From assembly GCA_965285935.1 (NCBI GenBank), contig OZ260665.1, forward strand, positions 31,496,001-31,560,000: DNA of 64,000 nt, read 5' to 3'. Under the pieces are notes generated by a model, which worked only from the letters and a program-made list of their open reading frames with translations, ran no database searches and had not been told where the DNA came from. Below are positions 1 through 10,899 of the stretch, one piece after another (the stretch's first letter is position 1; every line of letters starts with the position of its first letter). Source of the DNA: Ophelia neglecta. Lineage: Eukaryota. The position numbers and the translations under genes were made by a program.

Positions 1-328
1 GTCGCGATATGTTCTGAGACTGGGAGAGTTCTATAGGTTGGATCATTTATTCCTTGACGATGTAGTGTAAGTCTTTTTCTTAGGGAATTTTTTGTTTGTC
101 CTATGTATTGTTTATCACAGCCTTCACATTGCAATACGTACAATAAATTTTCGGTTTTACAAGTCATGGAATGCTTCACCTTAAACGTTGTATTGCTGGG
201 GTTAAATATAAACGAGTTGCCCTCGATTATATGCTTACAGGTACCACATCGGCTTTCATTACATTTTGTCACAATCGGGTTTGTGTCGACATTTCCATGA
301 AATGCAGCCCTAGTGAGTATTTTTTTTA
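1..328 (-). mobile_element. Inverted duplicate of the 3' part of the Penelope-like element (reverse complement of 1475-1802); continues past the left window edge
   Basis: Position x pairs with 1803-x. ORF 103..300(+) translates identically to ORF 1503..1700(-). The junction to the forward copy is at 328/329. Confidence 0.95.
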
Positions 329-1935
329 AGGAACAAAACAGTCAGTATGTGAGTATCAAAAATCCATCCGACTTGAAATTTCGGCCAATTGTAGCAGGAC
401 CAAGTTGTCCCACACATAGAATAAGTGACCTGACTGATAAAATTCTCAAACCTCTCCTCCCTGAAGTAAAAAGCTACGTCAGGGATGATATAGATTTTCT
501 CACCAAATTACCCGACCAGGTAGGCCCCAACGACATTCTAGTATCATTTGATGTAACCAGCCTCTATAGCAATATACCACATGTACTGGGCCTCGAAGCT
601 ATAGAGTACTGGCTTGAAATTCACCACGAAAAAGTATCACGAGGTCGTTTCTCTAAACAATTCATCAAAGAAGCAATAGCACTTATCTTAGAAAATAATT
701 GCTTCCTTTTCGATGAAAAAATGTACCTCCAGACCAAGGGTACCGCAATGGGTACAAAGGTTGCCCCCTGTTATGCAACATTAACCCTAGCATACTTAGA
801 GGAAAAATTACATGGCATCCTTTTAACTCGATACCCCGCGGATTACGCAGAATACATATGGGAAATGTGGAAAAGATATCTTGATGATTGTTTCCTAATA
901 TGGGACAATTCCAAAGGAGATATTGCTGAATTCCACCACATAATCAATGGCCTGCATCCCGATATCAAATTCACCATTGAATCGAGCAAAGACAAATTAC
1001 CCTTTTTAGATATTCTGATCATAATAAAGGACGGAAATTTAACAACAGATATTTACAGCAAAAAAACAGATAGCAAACAATACCTCCACTTTAACAGCTG
1101 CCACCCTAGACACACAAAGTACAACATTCCATACAACCTTGCCCGCAGAATTTGTACCATTGTCAAAGATCGAAGAACAAGAGATTTAAGATTAGAAGAA
1201 TTAAAATTTAATCTCCTGGAAAGAAAGTACCCCATGGACCTGATAGAAAATGGCTGCAATAAAGCTAAAAGGCATAGCATCGAAGAACTGAGAACAACCA
1301 GGGAAAAAGAACCGGACAAAGGAGTAATCACTTTTGTTAGCACGCACAATCCAAACAACCTCAATTTATTTAGCTTCACCAGTTCTACGATAAATGTACT
1401 AGAAAGGGACCCTAGGTGCAAACTGATACTAGAGAAAAACAAAATCATTAGCAGCAAACGCCAAGCACCTAGCCTAAAAAAAATACTCACTAGGGCTGCA
1501 TTTCATGGAAATGTCGACACAAACCCGATTGTGACAAAATGTAATGAAAGCCGATGTGGTACCTGTAAGCATATAATCGAGGGCAACTCGTTTATATTTA
1601 ACCCCAGCAATACAACGTTTAAGGTGAAGCATTCCATGACTTGTAAAACCGAAAATTTATTGTACGTATTGCAATGTGAAGGCTGTGATAAACAATACAT
1701 AGGACAAACAAAAAATTCCCTAAGAAAAAGACTTACACTACATCGTCAAGGAATAAATGATCCAACCTATAGAACTCTCCCAGTCTCAGAACATATCGCG
1801 ACCTGTGCGGCACATTTAGACAAAAAATTTAAAATTTACCCGTTCTATAAAATATGCAATCCCCAGAAAGCCTTCATTGATTCCAAGGAAATGTACTTCA
1901 TTAACATGTTCAAACCCACGCTCAACGCAAAGTAA
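329..1935 (+). CDS. Penelope-like element (Neptune-type) reverse transcriptase + GIY-YIG endonuclease, 5'-truncated
   Basis: RT motifs RPIV, SFDVTSLYSNI, QTKGTAMG, RYLDDCFLIW, LPFLD. Thumb YLHFNSCHP. Cys-rich linker CNESRCGTC. GIY-YIG domain NLLYVLQCEGCDKQYIGQT..RLTLH. The ORF is open to the stop at 1935. The apparent start at 313 comes from the inverted segment. Confidence 0.93.
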
Positions 1936-2140
1936 ATTTACGGCGGATTAGAGGTCAATTATTGAATGCAATCATGTTGGAGTCTGTATGTGTATGGGGC
2001 TGGAACGTGCCCAAACAGCGAGGCCGAAACCGAGAACAACGACTTGCATGTAATTGCGTGAAAAACAACATGTTATAACACACTATCACTGTACTATATA
2101 TACACTGGAAGACGTGTATATAGCAATCATTATGTACCAA

Positions 2141-2182
2141 TTTTTCTGAAGAGACAGGAGTACTGTCGAAACTAGTAAAGAA
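2141..2182 (+). ncRNA. Minimal type I hammerhead ribozyme in the PLE pseudo-LTR
   Basis: TTTTT-CTGAAGA-GACAG-gagta-CTGTC-GAA-ACTAGT-A-AAGAA. The CUGANGA and GAAA cores are intact. Stem II is 5 bp, stem III is the short palindrome ACTAGT, the GUA cleavage triplet ends at 2177, and stem I is UUUUU/AAGAA. Confidence 0.85.
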
Positions 2183-2260
2183 ACCATTTATGATTCAACA
2201 GGTGTCTCAACTTCTTTTTTACTACATTTACACTGCATATGCCCACACAACTCATTTTGG

Positions 2261-2286
2261 ATATATATATATATATATATATATAC
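2261..2286. repeat. (AT)n microsatellite
   Basis: About 13 AT units directly after the PLE 3' end. Confidence 0.95.
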
Positions 2287-3424
2287 TTGTATGTGGCATG
2301 GAGAGCAAAGTATGGTCAATAAAGTGGTTGTGAATTCTTCTGGTTTGTACAGAAACAAAATTCTAACCCTGGCTCTCAATGAATCTGCTAAAAGATGTCT
2401 AGATTGCAGATTAGTTGGATAGCATGGTCTCTTTCTAAAATCAATGCTTTAAGGTTGAATGCAACTAGCCATAGAAGTAGCAATTGTTTACATTATAATA
2501 ATGGTAAATATGAGGCCCTATAAATACTGACAATTGTGTTTACTTTTAAATTATAATAATTTGATAGACCAGTACAAGTTTCCATGACGTGGTTCCCATT
2601 CTCATTAAGTTGAGGATACTAATAAAATACATACGGGTAACCGTATGTAACTTTAATTAAGCGAAGGATTCTAATAGTTACTTTCCAACACCTATTAAAT
2701 ACTTGGATGTGCAGTCAAATCACATCAACTAAAGCATTGCGCATCCTCAACAGGCGACTTACAAGCACCAGGTACATTTATAAAAAGTTAACCCGCCGTT
2801 ACATTTATAATACAATTTGAATTTAAGTGTAGAAGTAGGTATCGAGACAAAAAGTACCATTGGGGATCTGACGAAACTGTTATCAGTTAATGGTGTCCCA
2901 AGAATAAAGAATTGTTGCAACTTTAACTGTTAGCTCGGTGCAAGATAGGCGGGAATACACTCTCAAGAGAAAAAGTGGACCGCACAATAGTTTAAATCAT
3001 AAGATTTGCCGAAGTAGCCTTATAATATAACTCCGATCAGATACTCAGATGCCCCTGCCAGGCCTAGAAAAAACGCGAAGGAGAACCAAGGATAAGTTCA
3101 CAGCAATAAAACCTGTTGAAAATGACTTGTAAAATCAAGCATGGCTGATTTGATTTATGGCATTATAAGATAAAAAGAGATGGTATTAATTATCGAGCAT
3201 AGCTCAGTATTAGCTGAAGTATCAAGTATAGGCTTTTGTTTAATAATACATCAGCAAAACCAATGTGACAAAAAAAGAATAAGTTTTTAAGCCCTACATG
3301 CGTTGAGACTTGCACCAATGTTTCCTACCGTACCGTAAATTATTATAATTTATATATGTTTAAAACGAATTTTCGAGGTTTTTCTCAGATGTGTGAATAA
3401 GTGCAATTTACAGATATATAATGA

Positions 3425-3612
3425 TATTAATAATAAAACAAAACAAAGCACCAGGGTATATATTTCGAATTTTCGGCAGGCAAGCCTGCCTTCTTCTGGA
3501 CTTTATTTAAAAATCTTATGTCTTATGCTTTAAATAAAGTCCAGAAGAAGGCAGGCTTGCCTGACGAAAATTCGGCATATATAACCTGGTGTTTTGTTTT
3601 ATTTTAATATTA
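3425..3612. repeat. Foldback inverted repeat (~85-bp arms, ~17-nt spacer) carrying a degenerate hammerhead-like motif in each arm
   Basis: Arm ~3425-3511 is the near reverse complement of ~3529-3612. Each arm reads AATAAAGTC-CAGAAGA-A-GGCAGG-cttg-CCTG(C/A)C-GAAA outward from the spacer. Confidence 0.85.
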
Positions 3613-4091
3613 TATTGCTACGAATGATTCAAATGATATTAATAATGATAATAATAACAATCTAATGGTATTAAAACCGACTCTTGTGTCTTTGCTCTCT
3701 TCAGGGCCTCTCTGGTCCTCCAAAAGTGAGGAGAGAGCCGGAGATAAACCTTGACTATGCCGCCTGTCTCCATCTAAGGTGTTGGATGTTTTTATGCAAG
3801 TTAGGATGTTTAAATATCACATTAGTAAAATCAATATAGTGACTTATTCTTTTGCAATTCTAAAACATGTTTGGCAATGTCTCACCGAAAATAATGAGGA
3901 AAAAAACATTTCAAAATATAATAAAATAAAATAAAACAAACATGTCACAGATTGTTATATACTGATGAATGGTGTCGTAAACACATCTCATAATTATTAA
4001 TAAGACGACATTGAAATAACAAAAGGATATAATAATTCAACTGTAAATTACAAACATAGTTCGTTTAATAGTATATGTGGTTCTCGTTATG

Positions 4092-7000
4092 TGTTTTATT
4101 CCTCCTCGTGGGAGAGTACATTATGATGATACAGTTACGATATATTATGTTAAGAAAAATGGAAATTTAAAGTACATCGAATAAATAATAATGATTATTT
4201 CAAAAACACATTAACACGCAAAATGGGCCACACTAGCAATAATGTAGTCCATAGCCAGATCAAAATTTTCACCATAGTTCACAGAGCTTTATGGCAATAA
4301 CAGCTATACACGGCTTAGGGCATCTAGAGTGTTGCGACTTTTACACCCAGAATGCGATATCTCGACATGTACATGGAGTGCACGGCCGCTGCAACCTGGA
4401 CGTTGATGTCAGCGTTGCTCCGGTCAAATTGCTCGCCACACCAAAGGATCCATAGAGACCGGCGCTCATCCCATGTTAGTGAGTCGGTTCGGGGCGGACC
4501 CATCGGGCTGACTAGTTCCTCCATCGACAGGGCATCTTCTAATAGGACTCGCTGTTCGCGGAGGCGGGGGCACCGTAGGAGAAAGTGCATCTCCGACTCC
4601 CTCTCTTCAACACAAAGATGGCATTCTCTCATCTGGTAGAAGCTATGCTCTCGTCTCCCCGAGTGGGTGGCTAGCCCAGCCTCCCCCAGGATTAGCTTAA
4701 CCATCGTTCTGCACGATGGGAGAGACGTCGGAACTTTGACTGCAACCAGCCACCATGTGCACATGGCTATCGGTACAACGGTCCCTTCAGAGAACTTTCT
4801 TAGCGTCTTTAGCCTAGGATACATGAGTGTCGAGGCTGTCCACTCACTGACTCTTTCACTGTCCATCGCTAAACGTATTGTTCGCTTCCACGAGTGCTTG
4901 GAAGGAACGGTGCCACTCAGTAACATATGATCTAAATATGTTTGTAGTCCGTACACAGAGCATGTTTGCAATGCCTGCGCCAGCGGGTTGTCCTTATTGC
5001 TTCGGTTTGAAAGTTCGGCATCAACTAGGGCCTCAATGGCCATCCATTTGAGCCATCCAGGGTCACGATCGAGAAGTCCCCTTAGGGAGCACAGTCGACT
5101 GTGTACCAGCTCGTGCCTGACACTTTTCCACCCCAGCAGGCAGTAGGCCGCAGGTGTCGAGGTGTGGAGTGGAAGTCCTTGAAAGCGCTTCCCCCAACAT
5201 CGATGAAATTTTTCCAATTTCTCCAATTGAGTTTCATTCTTGTAGACGGAACTAGTTCTAGTCCATAGAGCAGAGCCGGGAGGACGACTGATAAGTAGAG
5301 CTTGGATGCGAGGGTTGGCTGTATACCCTGGAAACAAGTTCCTATTCCAATCAATGCACGACACTTAACTCCGGCTTTCACAATCCTCTAGTCAAGGTAT
5401 GAGTCAATAGAAGTGCGCGAGTCTCCCATATGGGTTCCTAGGTGAACGCATCCATCGCTAGCGTTCACAGTAATGCCACACATTGTCACTGAAGGTTTTT
5501 TCATCATTACACCATTCTGTTTCTCCTTGCCGGCGAACCGTAAGAGTTCCGTTTTGGATGGGTTAAAGGAGAATCGCCACTGTCTGCTGTATTCCTCTGC
5601 GGTAGTTAGCAGCCTTTGAATGCTGCTTAGATGAAGAGCAACCAAGGCGACATCGTCCGCAAAGGCTGGTTCCGTACACACATGTCCGTATACAGAGGCT
5701 CCACATCCCACATTCTCGAGGGTCTCAAGAAGCCCCGTCGCAAAAACCTCATACAGTCTCAAGGAGAGGCGTCCACCTTGGAACACACCCTGTCGGACGG
5801 GGAACGACGCCGATGTTTTTCTACCCAGTCTTACGACGCAATGGAAGTCTCGGTACCACCTTCTCAGTAGCGTCCACATCACACCTGTCACCCCGAGATT
5901 ATATAACTTGTAGAAAAGTCCGTTTATCCACACCCGATCAAATGCCTTCTTGGTGTCCAGGAAGGCGACGTAGACGTCACTGCCACGGTTCCGATTGTAC
6001 TCTATGGTTTCTCGTACCACCATTGAGGTTTCCTTGCTCGAGCAGCCTGGAAATGCTGCTCCTTGCATGCGACCTAGCCGATTATTTTCTAGGAGCCAAG
6101 GGTCAATTCTGGACAGAAGGATCCCCTCAAATGCTTTACATGTCATGGTAAGTAGTGTTATTTTCCTGTAATTATCTTTGATCTGTTTTGATTTATTTCC
6201 TCCTTTATGCAGAGGTATGGCAACTCCTTGTTTGAGGTTCTTTGGGATATAACCATAATCAATAATACTATTTAGTATTAATGTCAAGGCAACTACGACT
6301 GCTTCTCCTCCAAAGCGAAAGTGCTCGGGGTCGATGTCGTCCCAGCCTCCAGCCTTACCAAGCTTAAGTCCTCGGACCTCAGTGCTCACCTCCAGGAAAT
6401 ATATGGGTTGTTTGAGGAACATACATGGATTTAATTTTGCTGAGGTCTCCATGTTGCAGACTTCTTCCTCCACCTTCCTTTTGAAGTCTTCGCTGTAAGT
6501 AGGGTCGTTCGAAGGGATTGCCAGCTTTCTGAAGTAATCCCGCCACTCGTCGCACATTGCGTTAATGTCATTAATTAGCTCTCCTGTATCTGACTTAATG
6601 GCGGGGAACCTTTGACCCCTTGGACCATTTCTTCGTTTATTTGCGAGATAGTAGAAATATTTTTGGTCAACTTCTTTCGAGCGTAACAGTTCGGATTCTT
6701 GGGTCAGCTCGTAGTTCCTTTCTTCAAGTCTTCTGCTTTTTCTGTAAAGCCGTTTCTCTTCCTTGTAGGCGCGAAAGAGGGCATTTTCTGGATCCCTTGG
6801 TTCTCCAGCCTCCTTCCACTTCCAGCGCGCTCTAATTAAGGTTTGACCGTTTTTTACTCGAAAGGTCCCGATTCCAGAAAGGCTTGATGTGAGGCGAGTA
6901 CTTTGAACGCGGCACTCCATTGTTGGCCACATTTATCATGTTCGCCAAGACCTCATTAAGAAATGGATCAATCTGGTTCACAACTAGTCTCTCAGTACAG

Positions 7001-9790
7001 CACCAATTTTCCGCTAATGTATTTACACAATGCCGCGCAAAAGTGTTTGCCATGCTTATTTGGAGTGGAACTGTGTACACCCGTTGTCTCTCATTTTTTT
7101 GTCAGTCAATCCCATTTCCTTCTGCCTATTGTATCCGTTTCTAAATTGTGTTTCATCAACCCGCTGAACCGGACGCCCGCCTTCAGTGGTAGATGATCGG
7201 AGGTATTAAGGCATTCATCAAGCACCTGGCACTGAGCGATAGTGCTAATGAGCTGATTCGAGACAATTAGGTGATCGAGGTAAGAGGTGTGTCCTCTGGT
7301 GTTTGAGAACGTATAGGCAGGACCGTCGCAATCACTCACGATGTCATATTCCGTACAATCTGCTCTTAAAAAGGTCATGTGGACAGTGCTGGCGTTATTG
7401 CTAGATACTCCCCATCCCCTCATTCCATACTCAGAGCCAAAATGAACATTTAAGTCTCCCATCAGAATTACCGGATAATTAGATGTACGAATGCATTCTT
7501 CAATATCACTTAGAACATCACAGTAATTTGCTATTCTACAGCCGGCTCAGTTACGCAACTAACACTCTTTCTCCAGAACACGGCAACACCACCGTGACCA
7601 ATTTTATGTCCATAATCAACATTATCGAGCCGCGCACTTGATTTGGCTATTACATACAAATCTTATCTGACAATTTGTATAGCTCACAAGGGAACAGCCA
7701 GTGCTCAGATAAAAACAATACATCACACGTGCTCAGCAGTTGCATTAAATACTCAGATTTCCCCCTAACGCCATGTGCATTCCAGGAGATAAAGGTTACA
7801 TAACAAGATTTTCCAGCGATCGTGTGCTTCTAAGGGACAACAAATAATGGGAACGCACAAACATATTATCTCTACACATAAGTATATGATAGGCCTATAT
7901 TTTCATTCTGGTACGACATAAACATGGATTTTATAATGTTAGTGGCTGTCATATGAATATTTGGGCATGGCTCACACAACATAAGGTAAAAGTACACTTC
8001 GCATTTTACATAGAAGACACACAAAGTAACGCAAAAACTGTAATAAGAGTAGAGACAATGTGACGAGAACCGCAGTAGCCATACAGTGCTGGTAAATACG
8101 AGTTCAGAATAACCTGGTTTGCCTAACAGGATCCCCTTACATATTAGCACAATCGTGATTCCAAGATACCTATTCACTATAGTTCCATATCTAATATGTT
8201 CAACGATGCGCGCTAAGACAAAAGGCATGCATGGTTTTTTAAGGCACGGGGCTCTATTAGGCGACGCTAGGGCTGAAACACTATCGGCTACGATTATGGC
8301 AATTTCACTGATAATATCAATAATCATAAGTATAATTAGAGTTTTCATAATAATGTTCATTTCTTCAAACGGCTGGGTAGTCTTCGCCGTGGCGATAATC
8401 CCAATAATGACTCTCGTCAGTGGTAAGTCGAGGGTCGGGTCGATGGGCGCGATAATCCCTGGCTCGATTGTTACGCTGAGGAGGGTCTTTGGACCATTCG
8501 CGGCACTCAATGTCCTCAGGCCAGAATCCTGATTGTGTGCATAAATGGTATTGTGCAGTCGGGACGGACAATTTGCAGCCGATTGTCTCTCTATATTCCC
8601 CTCGCCTTGGCTTGATTAGCCGAGCGGTCAGCACTCTGATAGTTTTTGACCTGGCCCATTTTCTGATATTGCGTAGTATTTCATGATCCGGTTGGTCATC
8701 AACATTTATATTTGTGACCTAAAGCTCTTTGGCTAGTTCCGGCTTGCTTCCCGAGAGCTTAGTGGTCTGTTTGTTGCTGGCCTCGTTCCCAGAAGAGCGT
8801 CGCAGAGCTCTGTTTCTCTTCTTAGCCCATGGATCTATCCACGGACCTTCAGACTGGGCAAGAGCATCGCAGTATGACTTGTCCTCAACTGACACATCTA
8901 CCAGTGGTTGGGGATCTCCTGGCTTCTCAACGCCTTAAGATGCATTGGGGGTTGCCTCCTCTTTCTTCCTGACTAGGTGATCTTGCTGAATTGGCGCCGT
9001 GCTATTTCGATGGTTCTTAACAACTGCCATTCGGTTAGCTTTCATGGGCGCGTTGCCTGTTAGCTGCACTTGTGTTTGTAATGGAGGGGCCATTTCTTCC
9101 CCGCCTGGGGTAAGGTTCTCCTGGGAGACGATTTCTTTGTCTAGCCGGCCTCTACTCTGGTTAACAGGTAGGCTGTCATCGAATCTCTGAAGCTCACGCG
9201 CCAAAAGACCATCAATTGTTGTTTGTTGGGCGGCGAGTTTATTCCGCAATTCACCTATACAACCTGGGCGCAGTCACACTGAAGACGGCATCCGCCTTCG
9301 AGGAGGCCGATCCTATTGAGAGCAGAGTTCACATTGGCCGCGAGTTTGGCCAATTCACATTTAATCTGGATACTGTCCACATGGGGGTTCGCATTCACCT
9401 GGGCACTAGGATCACGCAAATCATTATCCTGTTTTCTAGGTGGGAGCTCAGGCAGCTTGGATAACGAGCTGAAACAACTTCTCGGAAGAACGTCCTCCAG
9501 GCAGGACGCGTACACATATAGAGATATCAGATCGTCGGCAATGCTGTCTAGCCTAGTGCCTTGTCTCCTCTTCTCTCCTTCAACTTGAGGTTAAAGCCTG
9601 GGGTGATCCCACTGTCATCGCATTGCTCGTCAAATCTTCTTGATATTAAATAGGCACCTCTTATCATAAGGTATTCTCCAGACAAGTTTGGTGAAGCGTA
9701 AAACTCAAATTCGCTCATAACACAAGTTAATCACGAAAAGAAATATATAGCATAGAATTCACATGGAATTCGAATGTCAATATTGTGTAC
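4092..9790 (-). mobile_element. Near full-length, decayed non-LTR retrotransposon (LINE, probably RTE-X-like): ORF1 + APE-RT-CCHC ORF2
   Basis: ORF1 remnants at 8365-9717 (FWPEDIECREW). APE remnants at 7106-7800 (MGDLNVH, SYLDH, SDHLP). RT at 5388-6932 (NYRKITLL, FLDTKKAFDRV, GVFQG, FADDVAL). C-terminal CHLC..E..HFLLRCP in 4324-5364. 3' end CTCCCACGAGGAGG-AATAAA at 4095-4115. Frameshifts and stops between the pieces. Confidence 0.88.
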
Positions 9791-9814
9791 GGTTATATAC
9801 AAATGAGAGACATT

Positions 9815-10285
9815 ATTAAAGATTTAATTCATACAACCAGACTTTGATTTCTGTCTTACTGTTTGGGGATTTTGTTCTGAGTAAAACTCAAACAAAGTGC
9901 AACGCTTGCAAAAGAGAGCGGTGCGCCTGATTTTAAATAATTATGATCGTAGCATTTCTTCGTCCCATCTCATAAGGCAACTTTGTTTATACACCATATG
10001 ACAGCATCGAGATTATTTCACAGATCTTCTCACATTTAAGTGTTTAAATGGTCTTGCTCCTGTTTCACTTAGTGATTAATCAACATTCATGTCTGAACAT
10101 CGCCTTAGATTAACATGGGCTAGCAACAGCATGAAGTAATTTAAATATTTTCCTCGGTGTGAATTCACCAGGCACTAATGTTTTTATATGTACCAGGGTC
10201 CACACATTTGGAATAGTTTGCCGCTGAAGTTACGTGGCATTACTTCAAATCATAGTTTTAAAAAAGCTTTGAAAGCGTTTAATGA
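9815..10285 (+). mobile_element. 3' fragment of an L2/Crack-type LINE ORF2
   Basis: Broken translation gives FIQPDFDFCLTVWG, VQRLQKRAVRLI, FKCLNGLAP and GPHIWNSLPLKLR..SFKKALK, typical L2/Crack C-terminal motifs. Confidence 0.75.
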
Positions 10286-10899
10286 GATTGGCGCTTTTTT
10301 GGCTGTCATCCATATAATTATGCGATCGCTCGAAAGAATGATTTCATTCGCCATTGGAGATAAGTGACAAAGTTCCGAGATGCGATTGGTTCTAAAATAT
10401 TGCATCATACATATGTAGGCTCTGAGTTAAAGTAGGAAAAAGGTGGAAGTGTTAAGAGTCATGGTCTCCCTTATTTGTTGAAAGAATGCGAATAAAAAAT
10501 ACATATGTAAGCTATCATAGTTATACTTTTGATATAATTGTTACTGTTTTTGTAAGGCGCACCCATATTGCACTTTATTAATCAGAAGTAGGCCTATTCA
10601 TTAATAATCGTCTTATTAGCAAGAGATCACAATCAGCATGATTGTATTAAGTTCAACAAACTAAATTCCTTTTCTTCACCTTATTTGTTCTTAATTATTA
10701 AATAAAACAGGTAGCTTAATTAGAGTCAGTTTAAAGAATAAATGGAATAATAATGGCTTTAGACCTCGTTTGACCCTCACTTAAGCAGGCGAATTAATTT
10801 TTAAAATCGAAGTGAGCAATATGGTATGCATGTTTCATCAAAGAATGGTGATACAGAGTCCACGATAGATCATTGTGATATTAACAGCGTCTCACTGCA

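Larger units (their letters stand above)
329..2260 (+). mobile_element. Penelope-like retroelement (PLE) including 3' pseudo-LTR, ending at an (AT)n microsatellite
   Basis: RT-GIY-YIG ORF followed by about 320 nt of 3' sequence containing a hammerhead motif, then (AT)n at 2261-2286. Confidence 0.85.

Noticed and set aside
103-300. Identical 65-aa ORFs at 103-300(+) and 1503-1700(-)
   Set aside because: Antisense readings of the PLE endonuclease region duplicated by the inversion, not genes.
7872-8532. Hydrophobic Ile-rich ORFs (212 aa minus, 137 aa plus) resembling membrane proteins
   Set aside because: Alternative frames of the low-complexity ORF1 tail and inter-ORF region of the LINE.
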